From Methanotrichaceae archaeon (GTDB lineage Archaea; Halobacteriota; Methanosarcinia; Methanotrichales; Methanotrichaceae): a stretch of DNA of 64,000 nt. The DNA lies in assembly GCA_963803145.1 (NCBI GenBank), contig CAWDLW010000023.1:96001-160000 (forward strand), given 5' to 3'. Shown piece after piece: positions 1 to 8,923 of this stretch (position 1 is the stretch's first letter; every line of letters begins with the position of its first letter). A program made the position numbers and the translations under genes. Below the pieces are notes generated by a model. That model saw only the letters and a program-made list of their open reading frames with translations. It was not told the origin of the DNA and made no database searches.

Positions 1-99
1 TCTTTCAAGCTCGTTTTTAGAGAGCACGACATTTGCCAGCCCAAAGCAGGACATGGTAACGAGACGCCTTCAGAACGAAGCTATAGACAACGATATTAG
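1..99 (+). CDS. C-terminal fragment of an upstream gene, possibly terminase large subunit
   Basis: Frame 1 is open from the window edge (SFKLVFREHD...RQRY*); position directly before portal is the only support. Confidence 0.3.
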   Translation, partial: SFKLVFREHDICQPKAGHGNETPSERSYRQRY

Positions 100-111
100 G
101 CGGTCAACCTC

Positions 112-1560
112 ATGAAGATTATAGATGATTTACGTTCAGCGGCGAAACAATTCCATGCTGCATTATCAGGCGGTATCTATGGCCAGCCAGCCAAAAAAGG
201 GCTATCAGGATTCACCATCTGGCGAAACCCCTATTATCATCTTTATGGGCAGCACGTACCTCCTGCATACATCCAGCGCCTCATATCCCCCTACGTAATA
301 TCAGAATACCGTGGTATCCCCTGCGTCTTATCGTCACTGATATCGCTTTCTAGATTATGCTTCCATGGCTGCAACCCTAAATTTACTTCAATAGATGGCC
401 CGGAAGACGATACTAAAGGTCCTCAAATCAAGGCCGCCACAAAACAGTTCAAGCAGATGAACAAGAGCATAGGCAGGGTAGGCAAATCCAAGAAATTAGG
501 TATCCTCCCTCTTATCCGTTATGCCGGTCTCGAAGGCTGGTCCTATAGGCAAGCGGTCTTCCAGTTCGAGATGGAGCAAAAAGGTTCCTGGATTAACCCT
601 AAAGAAATACAGGCTCTGCCTACGATATCATTTGCAAGGCCTGCAGCTTCCATAACATCGGAAGTCAACCGCTACACTCCTGACAAAATTGTTCCGGGTA
701 TAGTATTCGATCGTGACCAGGATCAGACAAGGTTCTTCCAGTCACAGCGCATAGGCGACGTTCCCCAAGAATTAGATCCAGAATCGATAATATACATCGA
801 AGACATTGCGATGCCGGATAGCCAATCGATGATGAAGGCCATTGTACCTATCGTCGAGAAAATCAGAGAGGCAGACACAAGCGGCATGCTTGCGCTTCAC
901 CGGGTGGGTGTGCCTAACCAGGTGGCTGAGCTGGACGTTGCTGCAGTAGAGAAGATGTCTCAGCTTGATCCAACTTTCCAGGTCCAGGCAGTTCTCAACT
1001 ATATGCAAGAAATGACTGAAAACCAGGGTAGTGATACAGCCAAATTAGCCGTAGGCGGTATGAAGCTGAGCTATCCTAATATTCCGATGCCTATCAACCC
1101 CTGGGATGTTGAGCAAGTGCTTGAGAAGAAGATTATAGACTTCTGGTTCCACAGGAACATCCTGGAGCAAACAGGCAGTTCGATATCGACCACAATGAAC
1201 CCTCAGAAAGCTCTGCTGGACTTGCACATAGCTTCCGAGCGCATAATTTATGGCCAACCGTTCGAGGCCTGGCTACAGAAAGAATGGGTCGATGTCAACG
1301 GCTTTGACCTTGATTTCGCATTCGACTGGTGGTCGTGGGAATCCACCGACCCCGCAGCAGAATGGGCCGCAGAACGACAGGACTTCGTGGCTGGAGCTCT
1401 CGGAATCGATGAGTATAGACAGAGGCGTGGGTATGGGAAGCTGACTCCAGAGCAGAAGAAGCAGATGATTGAGGATCATACCGAACTCTCGAAAGGCCAG
1501 GGCTTGAACGCTGCTGCAGGTCAAGCGGCAAATGTCCAGCAGCAGAAGGCAGAGGTGTAG
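112..1560 (+). CDS. Portal protein
   Basis: 482 aa, first in head module; C-terminal G-x-L-G-I-D-E-Y-R-x-x-x-G-Y motif typical of portals. Confidence 0.8.
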   Translation: MKIIDDLRSAAKQFHAALSGGIYGQPAKKGLSGFTIWRNPYYHLYGQHVPPAYIQRLISPYVISEYRGIPCVLSSLISLSRLCFHGCNPKFTSIDGPEDDTKGPQIKAATKQFKQMNKSIGRVGKSKKLGILPLIRYAGLEGWSYRQAVFQFEMEQKGSWINPKEIQALPTISFARPAASITSEVNRYTPDKIVPGIVFDRDQDQTRFFQSQRIGDVPQELDPESIIYIEDIAMPDSQSMMKAIVPIVEKIREADTSGMLALHRVGVPNQVAELDVAAVEKMSQLDPTFQVQAVLNYMQEMTENQGSDTAKLAVGGMKLSYPNIPMPINPWDVEQVLEKKIIDFWFHRNILEQTGSSISTTMNPQKALLDLHIASERIIYGQPFEAWLQKEWVDVNGFDLDFAFDWWSWESTDPAAEWAAERQDFVAGALGIDEYRQRRGYGKLTPEQKKQMIEDHTELSKGQGLNAAAGQAANVQQQKAEV

Positions 1561-1628
1561 CTGAGGATTCAAGTGTATGCAGCTCAAAAAACATAACAGT
1601 AATCGAAGAAAATGCTGGAGGTGATAAC

Positions 1629-3440
1629 ATCCCCTTACCCAATTTCCATTCTGCTAGAGTGGATGATTCCGATAAGTTCGAAAAAGATTCGTTCAGAAAC
1701 AAGACCCTGCCGAACTCTGATGGAGTTCAGCTAATCATGGGTAAGCTTAAAGGCAAAGACTCGATGACGGCCCAAGCTTATCGATTTCCAAAGGATAAAT
1801 ATACTCCTGAAGAGGCAAAGGCTTGGTTAAAAGACAACGATGTCAAAGATTACTCTTTCGAGGAAGCCAAGGAAGATAAGTCGAAGAACGCTGCATACGA
1901 TCCAACTCAGAACGATCCGCCAGACGACACTATAGAGAATATTATAATCGCATGGGTTCCATGGGAATCTGAAGAAATCAGATCCCCCGCAGATGATGGG
2001 GTCTGGAAGATCGAATCCCAGGATTGGAAGAATCCTGGCCAAATGAGGACCACCAGGTACGAGTTCGATCCTGAAAAGTTCACCGAGGAAGAGGCTAAGG
2101 ATTGGCTGCACAAGCACGATGTCGATGGAGTAACACCGATCACAATCCCGATGGCAAAGTCTCTGCATTGTAGCGGTGAAGGCAGCGGGGAAGGCGATCT
2201 GAGCTATCATTATCTGATGGGCAAGCACCTAGCCCTCGAAGCTCATCCAAGTATTCTGGATCATGTCAAGAAGCAGATCCATCTGACCGCACGAGCATAT
2301 GCTGGCGGCAAGTCCAAAGGCAAGATCAAGAGCAGCGACGAAGGCGATGAGGGCAAGGTCACCCAGGCCAAATACGCCCAGACGTTCGAGCAAGCAAAAC
2401 AATTCCAAGCTGCCAATCTGCTGCCGAACGTCGTGGAGACGTCTGATTACTTCGACGTTGACACTGTTTTTGCCAAGGAAGGCGTATTCGTTGGAACTGA
2501 TGGCAAACCAGTCAAGAGAACCTATGAAAACCTGAAGGCCAACGTCAATAGATTCTTCGGAGTTCCACAGACTGAAACTCATCTTCTCACAGATTCCCCT
2601 AGGCCAAGCGACAGGATCTTTGGACATTCGATATCATCTAAGGCGAGAGATGATCATCGGGATATTTTCGGCATCACTCGATACTATAAGAAGGATCTAA
2701 ACGCAAAAGAAATCGAGCGTATTCAGAAGAGGGAATTCCCTGATACAAGCCCTGGTTTCTTTGTTTCTCGCAAAGTCGAGGAAGGCGAATTCCAAGGCAA
2801 GAAATATCAGGCTGTTGAAGAAGGCCCGATGATAGTCACCGAGATTGCAAACTTTTTCGAGGACAAGGGCTTCGGCCTGAAGGGGGCCTGCCCCAGAACC
2901 GCAGGCTGCGGACCATATCAACACGCAGCTAATAGTCATAATCCGGCTCAAGCCGGAACTGGAGGAAACAATATGACACCAAATCCGGCAGAGCCGGATA
3001 TCAAGGAGCTTTCAGAGAGACTAATAACTCTCGAAAAGAAGCTCAATGCAGGCGGAATATCTGCTGAAGAGTTTAAGGCATTGAGGACAGATATTGACGG
3101 CATCAAGGATTCTCTGAAGACTTTCAACTCGACCGTCCAGGCCGTTAATACCATCCAGGCCAACGAGAGTGCAGCTCTCGAAGCTGCTCATAAGGCAGAG
3201 TTCGGCAAGATGCTGAATGCTGCAAACGGTCCAGACGTGCCTGAAATATTCGAAAAGAACTGGGCTGAGGCCAAACTCGATGTTCTGGGCTGGAGATCCA
3301 GGAACCCTGATAAGCTCATGAGCGCGGCTCCCGGGAAGGGCTCGCTCAACGGCAAAGCCATGAACGCTGCTATGGCTGCAGAAGATTCTGCCAAAGCGAA
3401 TGCTCATGCAGCCCTCTCTGCGGTAGGTGATAAGAGATGA
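1629..3440 (+). CDS. Prohead protease/scaffold fusion (DUF2213-like core)
   Basis: Between portal and capsid genes; FAKEGVF...VPQTETH...SPGF protease-like core; C-terminal coiled coil; duplicated N-terminal F-x-x-x-K-(Y/F)T-x-EEAK-x-WL module; RBS GGAGGTGA points to ATC 1629 (ORF track starts at GTG 1659). Confidence 0.72.
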   Translation: MPLPNFHSARVDDSDKFEKDSFRNKTLPNSDGVQLIMGKLKGKDSMTAQAYRFPKDKYTPEEAKAWLKDNDVKDYSFEEAKEDKSKNAAYDPTQNDPPDDTIENIIIAWVPWESEEIRSPADDGVWKIESQDWKNPGQMRTTRYEFDPEKFTEEEAKDWLHKHDVDGVTPITIPMAKSLHCSGEGSGEGDLSYHYLMGKHLALEAHPSILDHVKKQIHLTARAYAGGKSKGKIKSSDEGDEGKVTQAKYAQTFEQAKQFQAANLLPNVVETSDYFDVDTVFAKEGVFVGTDGKPVKRTYENLKANVNRFFGVPQTETHLLTDSPRPSDRIFGHSISSKARDDHRDIFGITRYYKKDLNAKEIERIQKREFPDTSPGFFVSRKVEEGEFQGKKYQAVEEGPMIVTEIANFFEDKGFGLKGACPRTAGCGPYQHAANSHNPAQAGTGGNNMTPNPAEPDIKELSERLITLEKKLNAGGISAEEFKALRTDIDGIKDSLKTFNSTVQAVNTIQANESAALEAAHKAEFGKMLNAANGPDVPEIFEKNWAEAKLDVLGWRSRNPDKLMSAAPGKGSLNGKAMNAAMAAEDSAKANAHAALSAVGDKR

Positions 3441-4153
3441 TGAAGGCTGTAAAATGGGATCAGGGGCAGCCTGAAGGCTGGAACCCTGCATCAAGGATCC
3501 TGTTCGGCTCCGTGGTTGTTATAAGCTCCGTGGGTGCGAAGACCTGTAAGATGGTAGGGAAAAGCACAGAGACCAACATACTAGGCGTGGCAGACTTCTC
3601 TCAGGTCCAGAAGAGAGTGGACAGTTTCTACTCACCCGAAGACGGCACAGGCCTGATTGAGAAGGTGCCAATACTTCCAGGTGGATCTTACTGTCGCTTT
3701 TGGGCAACACCTAACGGGGCTAACGTCAATGTCGATCCAGGAGACTACTTCCAGGTAGCGGATCTGGGTTCAAGCCCAACAGGAACTCATGGAATGCTCG
3801 AGCTCGTTCCAGTATCCGGACAGATTCCAGCCGGCAAGACAAAGACTGCAACATCGATAGCCCAGGCTCTTGAGTCCATCCTGATGGGATCGAACACTTA
3901 TAAGGTCCCTGCTGCAGATGTCAATATCGGAGATGCAACGGTCACAATGACATCCGGAGACGTTTCTAAGATGGGTCTGAGGGGCGGCGATCCAATCATC
4001 ATGGAGAACCTGAACGGAGATGTGAGGATCAATCGTGTGAGGAAAATCGCTAGCAACGTAATTACACTCCAGTTCCCCTCCGAGGTTGATCTAGTGGCTA
4101 CTGATAGTGACCTGATCACAGCTCCAAAGCAAGTTTTGGGGAGGCTGCTCTAA
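3437..4153 (+). CDS. Capsid decoration/cement protein
   Basis: Position between scaffold and capsid protein; Gly/Val-rich beta protein. Confidence 0.55.
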   Translation: MMKAVKWDQGQPEGWNPASRILFGSVVVISSVGAKTCKMVGKSTETNILGVADFSQVQKRVDSFYSPEDGTGLIEKVPILPGGSYCRFWATPNGANVNVDPGDYFQVADLGSSPTGTHGMLELVPVSGQIPAGKTKTATSIAQALESILMGSNTYKVPAADVNIGDATVTMTSGDVSKMGLRGGDPIIMENLNGDVRINRVRKIASNVITLQFPSEVDLVATDSDLITAPKQVLGRLL

Positions 4154-4225
4154 ATTTGTTTTTCTTGAAACAGTAAATGGTATGTTTTGTGGATTTCGTA
4201 TAACCATTTGCTGCTATCCGTTTTC

Positions 4226-4262
4226 GCGCTCGTGTGAGCGCTCGTGTGAGCGCTCGTGTGAG
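4226..4262 (+). repeat. Three exact tandem copies of GCGCTCGTGTGA
   Basis: Units at 4226, 4238 and 4250, directly before the capsid RBS. Confidence 0.95.
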
Positions 4263-4284
4263 TAATTTTAGGAGAGTGATAATT

Positions 4285-5250
4285 TTGGTATCTAACGATG
4301 GAATGAATAACTCCTCATTTATACCCATCGAATGGGCGATGGGACTGAGGACCATCGGTTACAACAGGATAACCGATTATGTGAAGAAGTACCAAGATAA
4401 CATGACTATGAGGAACGTCATAGCCAAAAAGACTGTGATAGATCCGGCTGCGGATATCGATCTGGTCCTTAGGTACGATGTAGACAATACAGAAGAGGCC
4501 AAGATCATGGCCAAGGGCTCTGTGGCCACGTCGCTCGAAGAGAACGGCAACATGGACAAGTATACTGTGATCCAGATCGGCAAGGGCTTCAAGATCTACG
4601 AGAGAGACCTGAAGAAAGATCCCGAGACCCAGACCAGGAAGATCGATATCTGCACAAGGCTGGTCCACAGGCTTGAGGATAAGCTAGCAATCCTCGGAAA
4701 CGTTGATGAAGGCATATACGGCCTTGCTAATGCAGCAGCCGATAACCCCAACGGTGAAATCCTGCCATTTGGGTCAGAAGAGGTCGAGAACGACAGCGGC
4801 GGCATCTCGATACCTAATAACGGTCAATGGAACGGCAAAGGACCCAACGGTAGGAGAGACATCTACGAAGATATCCTCGAAGCCACGACCAGAGTGGACC
4901 CTGACTTCGGATTCATGCCAGCATTCTTCATGGGCAATATCAGAACTTGTGCCATGCTGTTCAATAACGATTCCGAGAGGCATCCATTCGCTGACCAGAT
5001 CTGCGGCCTGTTCGGTAAGAATAGGGGCGACTATTCCTGGATATGGAGGTCTAACCTGATTCCTAATGGCATAGGCTATGTCATACCCAAGGATATGCTG
5101 GCTGCAGAGTTTGCCATCCAGTCTGAACTCCAGTTGAACACAGATTATCCGATCCAGCAGGGTAGGTTCTGGCCTGTAGACCTTACTGAGTGGATCGTGC
5201 CTGTTGAGGTCCACAGGAAGCAGGCTATAGTTCGAGTAGCTACGACTTAG
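4285..5250 (+). CDS. Major capsid protein (HK97 fold, encapsulin/DUF2184-like)
   Basis: ~321 aa; RLEDKLAILGN...GIYGLAN and YEDILEA motifs; RBS AGGAGAGTGA favours TTG 4285. Confidence 0.85.
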   Translation: MVSNDGMNNSSFIPIEWAMGLRTIGYNRITDYVKKYQDNMTMRNVIAKKTVIDPAADIDLVLRYDVDNTEEAKIMAKGSVATSLEENGNMDKYTVIQIGKGFKIYERDLKKDPETQTRKIDICTRLVHRLEDKLAILGNVDEGIYGLANAAADNPNGEILPFGSEEVENDSGGISIPNNGQWNGKGPNGRRDIYEDILEATTRVDPDFGFMPAFFMGNIRTCAMLFNNDSERHPFADQICGLFGKNRGDYSWIWRSNLIPNGIGYVIPKDMLAAEFAIQSELQLNTDYPIQQGRFWPVDLTEWIVPVEVHRKQAIVRVATT

Positions 5251-5264
5251 GGGGCCTACTATCC

Positions 5265-5564
5265 ATGGTCGATTCGAAATATGGAAAGCTAGTGATAGTC
5301 GGCACGGACAATATCGTTGACCAGGCCATTACCCTAGCTAAGCTTTATGGCGGCGGCGGGAAGTTCACGATTCCCGCCAATGCTGGAACAGTTACAATAG
5401 AGCATGGATGCCCTGAAGAGCCCGGCGTCGTCCTCCTAACAGACATCGACCTTCCGGCCATGGCCGTTGTTGATTCTGTAGATGAAACAAACTTAGTAAT
5501 CAAGTATAAAGGTGGAGTTAAACCGGATGTAGTAGGGCATGGCTATTGGATAGTGATTGCATGA
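5265..5564 (+). CDS. Small virion protein, possible head-fibre/decoration domain
   Basis: VTIEHG-x-x-x-x-P-x-V motif seen in fibre tip domains; follows capsid gene. Confidence 0.45.
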   Translation: MVDSKYGKLVIVGTDNIVDQAITLAKLYGGGGKFTIPANAGTVTIEHGCPEEPGVVLLTDIDLPAMAVVDSVDETNLVIKYKGGVKPDVVGHGYWIVIA

Positions 5565-6118
5565 AAAGAGTATTAATGGCAATAATGATTTTCATAGCGA
5601 TAGCGGCAATTTTTCTATTCTCCGCAGAAGGATCTCATTTCTTGACTATGCCTAATGATACCTATGTCAATGGCACTTTTGCCGCCCTGAACCCACAAAC
5701 GAGTAACATTATTGATACCAACTATGGCCTAACCAACTCGTCCAATAAGATCAGAGTAAACATAGGGAGCGCTACCGGCCTTCAGTTCTCAGCGGGTTCT
5801 TTGGGAATAAAAGCTGCAGATCCCACAATAGGGCTAAGCTCATCAGGTGCAAAACTTGGAGCCTCAAAGGTACATGTCTCAACAATATCAGGCGGCGCGG
5901 CTGGAAATCATACTTTAACTGGGTCAGCCCTGGGAGATGAGGTATGCGGCGTGACATATTGGGCAAAGCCTACTTACAATCTATCATCAATGTCAGACCT
6001 TACTACGGAATTCCAGGGAACCGGTAAAGGGATAATTGCTTCTAATGTGATAGCCAACGGAGGAGGTACAAATACGGCAGGCGGATTCCTACAGATATTT
6101 TGGATAGACAGGACATAA
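5561..6118 (+). CDS. Fibre-like protein with N-terminal signal peptide/TM
   Basis: MKRVLMAIMIFIAIAAIFLFSAEG; GL-x-x-x-x-x-(I/L)-x-(V/I) shaft-like repeats; five N-x-S/T sequons. Confidence 0.55.
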   Translation: MKRVLMAIMIFIAIAAIFLFSAEGSHFLTMPNDTYVNGTFAALNPQTSNIIDTNYGLTNSSNKIRVNIGSATGLQFSAGSLGIKAADPTIGLSSSGAKLGASKVHVSTISGGAAGNHTLTGSALGDEVCGVTYWAKPTYNLSSMSDLTTEFQGTGKGIIASNVIANGGGTNTAGGFLQIFWIDRT

Positions 6119-6156
6119 GCGGATTAATCCCGCCTATACCTTTTTTAGGAGGCTTT

Positions 6157-6627
6157 ATGGTCACGAAAAAAGTAGGTACCTTTTCAGGAAATCCGATGTT
6201 GAGTAAAAGGGATTATCTCAGGTTAAGGCTTAACGATATGGAAGAGCCATTCAACTTTTCAGATTTAGAAATTGATGCTGAGTTATCAATGAATCCACCA
6301 TTAAAGGCGGCTCATCACCTGGCCACTGCGATGGTAGCCAAATTTTCAAGTAAGCCTTCGACAAGCATCGCCGGGAGTTCAGTAAACATTAGGGAGGTAG
6401 TTGAAAACTGGAGACGACTCGCAGAAGATTTCTTAACAGAATTCAGGCAAGATAATATGAGCATCAGCTTCCCGGCAGTCGGGAAAGTCGCCGATTCTAT
6501 ACCTGAGAATTTCCCAACCAGATTGAAGCCTGTTGATATTGAGCTACAGTCGTGGGATAATGATTCAAAGGCATCTATAGGGCCCGTAGATGTGAATAGA
6601 CCGGCGAGGCTTGAACACGGGGTATAG
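6157..6627 (+). CDS. Putative head-tail adaptor
   Basis: LRLRLND...FSDLEIDA...AA helical pattern of gp6/gp15-like adaptors; RBS AGGAGG. Confidence 0.6.
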   Translation: MVTKKVGTFSGNPMLSKRDYLRLRLNDMEEPFNFSDLEIDAELSMNPPLKAAHHLATAMVAKFSSKPSTSIAGSSVNIREVVENWRRLAEDFLTEFRQDNMSISFPAVGKVADSIPENFPTRLKPVDIELQSWDNDSKASIGPVDVNRPARLEHGV

Positions 6628-6635
6628 GAGGTATT

Positions 6636-6827
6636 ATGGCAGGTGAAACAAGACCACGCTCTACAGGAACAAAAATAATCATGGTTATAGATCCGAGCGG
6701 CAACTCCATAGAAGTAGCTGGTGGCGTTGGAGGAGAGATCAAGGTTATCTTATGCGGCATTCACAACAACACAGTAACGCCATTGCAATGTACTTCTGAT
6801 GGAAAACTGATAACATCCAGCAGTTAA
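6636..6827 (+). CDS. Small hypothetical virion protein
   Basis: Strong RBS AGGAGGT; tightly packed in the operon. Confidence 0.6.
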   Translation: MAGETRPRSTGTKIIMVIDPSGNSIEVAGGVGGEIKVILCGIHNNTVTPLQCTSDGKLITSSS

Positions 6828-6836
6828 GGTGAGGTC

Positions 6837-7439
6837 ATGGGCTACCTTGCAGATTACTTTTTAAAAGGGAAAAAAAATGCATGGCAAGTCAAACAAGGAC
6901 CTTTCATACTTTACAATGCCCTAACTCTCGATACAATTCCAATCGATTCAGCTCCAGAGGATAATTATCTTCTCATGATAACTATCCAGCCATCAGGAAC
7001 GCATGTTAATTGCGGATCTGTGGACCACCCAGGCCACGTAATCATAAACGACGAGGACTTAGTTTTCAAGGGAGAGGACAAACGAGCCAATACTTTAACC
7101 TTGTCCGGATTACCTGAAATAACCACCAGTGGCCTAGATTGTGGTATAGAACTCTTATGTATAACCACCAGCGGAAGCCCAATGGTCACAGATGTTTTAG
7201 AACCTATCGAAATATTGGTAAAACACAAAACAAGAAGAATCGAAAAGAGCCCGGGCATATTCACGGCCACCAATTACGATGTATATACAGAAGCCAAACT
7301 AGGGATGAACGATGTAATCCGGTTCAGAGATCCATTCAGAAACAATGAACTTCACGATATAGTAGTAAAAGACGCGCAAGATGGTTTAGACCCTACTCAA
7401 CACTATGAAGAAGCATTTAGGATTTTGAATTGCTTCTAA
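6837..7439 (+). CDS. Hypothetical protein, possibly head closure with an N-terminal extension
   Basis: RBS GGTGAGG; C-terminal beta pattern; follows the adaptor. Confidence 0.4.
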   Translation: MGYLADYFLKGKKNAWQVKQGPFILYNALTLDTIPIDSAPEDNYLLMITIQPSGTHVNCGSVDHPGHVIINDEDLVFKGEDKRANTLTLSGLPEITTSGLDCGIELLCITTSGSPMVTDVLEPIEILVKHKTRRIEKSPGIFTATNYDVYTEAKLGMNDVIRFRDPFRNNELHDIVVKDAQDGLDPTQHYEEAFRILNCF

Positions 7440-7501
7440 AGCGTGCAGCGCGGCGCAGCGCTGCAACGTTGCGCAACATTGCAAATCAGCCAGGAGGTAG
7501 A

Positions 7502-8257
7502 ATGGTCGTAATGAACATGGCGCCGGCAGCCGAGGAATCAGGCGAGGACCTGAAATCTTTAATTGAAAAAGGAAATTCAGCTTACCTTGATGACAAAGAG
7601 CTAATTGCCCTCGGCAGGCAATCTCTGGATATGGCAAGTGTTCTGGGTATTGAAGAACTCAAAGAGCTTGAGACTTTGATGCCCGAGATCCAGCATGCCA
7701 TCTATACCAGGACGATCTGGAGAACAGAAACAGAGATGAGGTTTTCAGTCCTTAACGATATGGACCACCCCACAACAGCCAGCAAATATCATCAGGCTAA
7801 GCTGGAAATGGCCGTGTTTGCTGAGAATCTTATTCAGCTCTCTTTTGAATACAGGCTCAAAAAGATCGAATTTGACGAGACTCTAGATAAAATGAAGAGT
7901 GCTGAACGTTTTGAAAAACTGAAGTTGGAGGTAGAACGGGATAAACTTCGCTGGACGCTTGAGGCCATGCGGATAGAAGCCAATCATCGATTAAGAGAGC
8001 TCAAATTGTGGCACAAAATCATGACGGAGCTAGTTTCTTCAGAGAAATTTGATATCGATGATAAGGACACGCAACAGCTGACGGCGTTACTTAAGAGGTA
8101 TCTGCAGGAATTGCCGGTAGCTCTTCGAAGCAAGAATGACACTTCAGCAAACAGGAACATCATAGCACACACGATAACCCTGATTGCAGAATGTGACCGT
8201 AGGAAAATAAAGTCTCAAGAGATTGAGAGAGGACGAAAATTATTGAGGTGCGTATAA
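7502..8257 (+). CDS. Coiled-coil phage protein with RTETEM motif (possible fibre chaperone)
   Basis: WRTETEMRFSVLND-x-x-HPT-x-ASKYHQ motif; RBS AGGAGGT. Confidence 0.55.
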   Translation: MVVMNMAPAAEESGEDLKSLIEKGNSAYLDDKELIALGRQSLDMASVLGIEELKELETLMPEIQHAIYTRTIWRTETEMRFSVLNDMDHPTTASKYHQAKLEMAVFAENLIQLSFEYRLKKIEFDETLDKMKSAERFEKLKLEVERDKLRWTLEAMRIEANHRLRELKLWHKIMTELVSSEKFDIDDKDTQQLTALLKRYLQELPVALRSKNDTSANRNIIAHTITLIAECDRRKIKSQEIERGRKLLRCV

Positions 8258-8258
8258 T

Positions 8259-8699
8259 ATGACCAATGTTAGAGGTTTGTTAGTTGCCGGTCAAAACCAG
8301 GCCCTGGATGCAGTCTTTGGCTCTGGAACCCCGGCAACATTGTATGCAGGATTGGCCCAAAGTGTAACAGGATCTCCTTTGGCTCCATCGGGCGAGCCGA
8401 CCATAGGAAGCAATGGATATGCCAGGGTAGCTATTACAAATAACGCTACCAACTGGCCTGCTGCATCAGCGGGCGCTAAGACTTGCCAGGTTGATGTAGT
8501 ATTCCCAACTTCGAGCGGTGCATGGGCTTCAGGAAACCAGCTTACAGTATTCGTACTGTATGATTCCACAAGTGGCGGAGCAGCAATAGGGTTTGCGACG
8601 TTATCAACGCCCATAATCATATCAGGTGCGGGCATCACTGTAAAGCTACTGCATGCGAACAACGACCTGCAGGTGTCCATAACCGGGTCCGATACGTAA
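8259..8699 (+). CDS. Phage fibre-attachment protein (Gp80-like, E-x-x-x-x-x-x-GYAR family)
   Basis: LYAGL...GEPTIGSNGYARVAITN...VFPTSSGAW...LYDSTSGG. Confidence 0.7.
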   Translation: MTNVRGLLVAGQNQALDAVFGSGTPATLYAGLAQSVTGSPLAPSGEPTIGSNGYARVAITNNATNWPAASAGAKTCQVDVVFPTSSGAWASGNQLTVFVLYDSTSGGAAIGFATLSTPIIISGAGITVKLLHANNDLQVSITGSDT

Positions 8700-8700
8700 A

Positions 8701-8897
8701 CGACGTAGAAGATCGGCGAAAAAGTACGCTGAGCTACGTTGGTTTGGTATAGCGGTTGAACATCTGTTATGGTCGAGCTTTCAGGCTATTGACAATATTA
8801 ACATTACAGTCCTTAGCCTGAACGCCCGACCTATGAAAGATCTGTTCTATGAACAATACCAGGAGAGCTTTCTGGCGAAAGATCCGCTCGGAAGCTC
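8701..8897 (+). ncRNA. Candidate structured RNA, three consecutive hairpins
   Basis: Helices 8701-8708/8734-8741, 8771-8788/8814-8831 and 8865-8872/8890-8897, several closed by G-U pairs on the + strand. Confidence 0.5.
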
Positions 8898-8923
8898 AAA
8901 ATTATTTAGCCAGGAGGAATATA

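Noticed and set aside
4226-4262. CRISPR mini-array or lac operator-like vector sequence
   Set aside because: No spacers; only TGTGAGCGCTC matches the symmetric lac operator and there is no vector context
8789-8794. Bacterial -35 box TTGACA
   Set aside because: Archaeal context and no properly spaced -10; it lies within the hairpin
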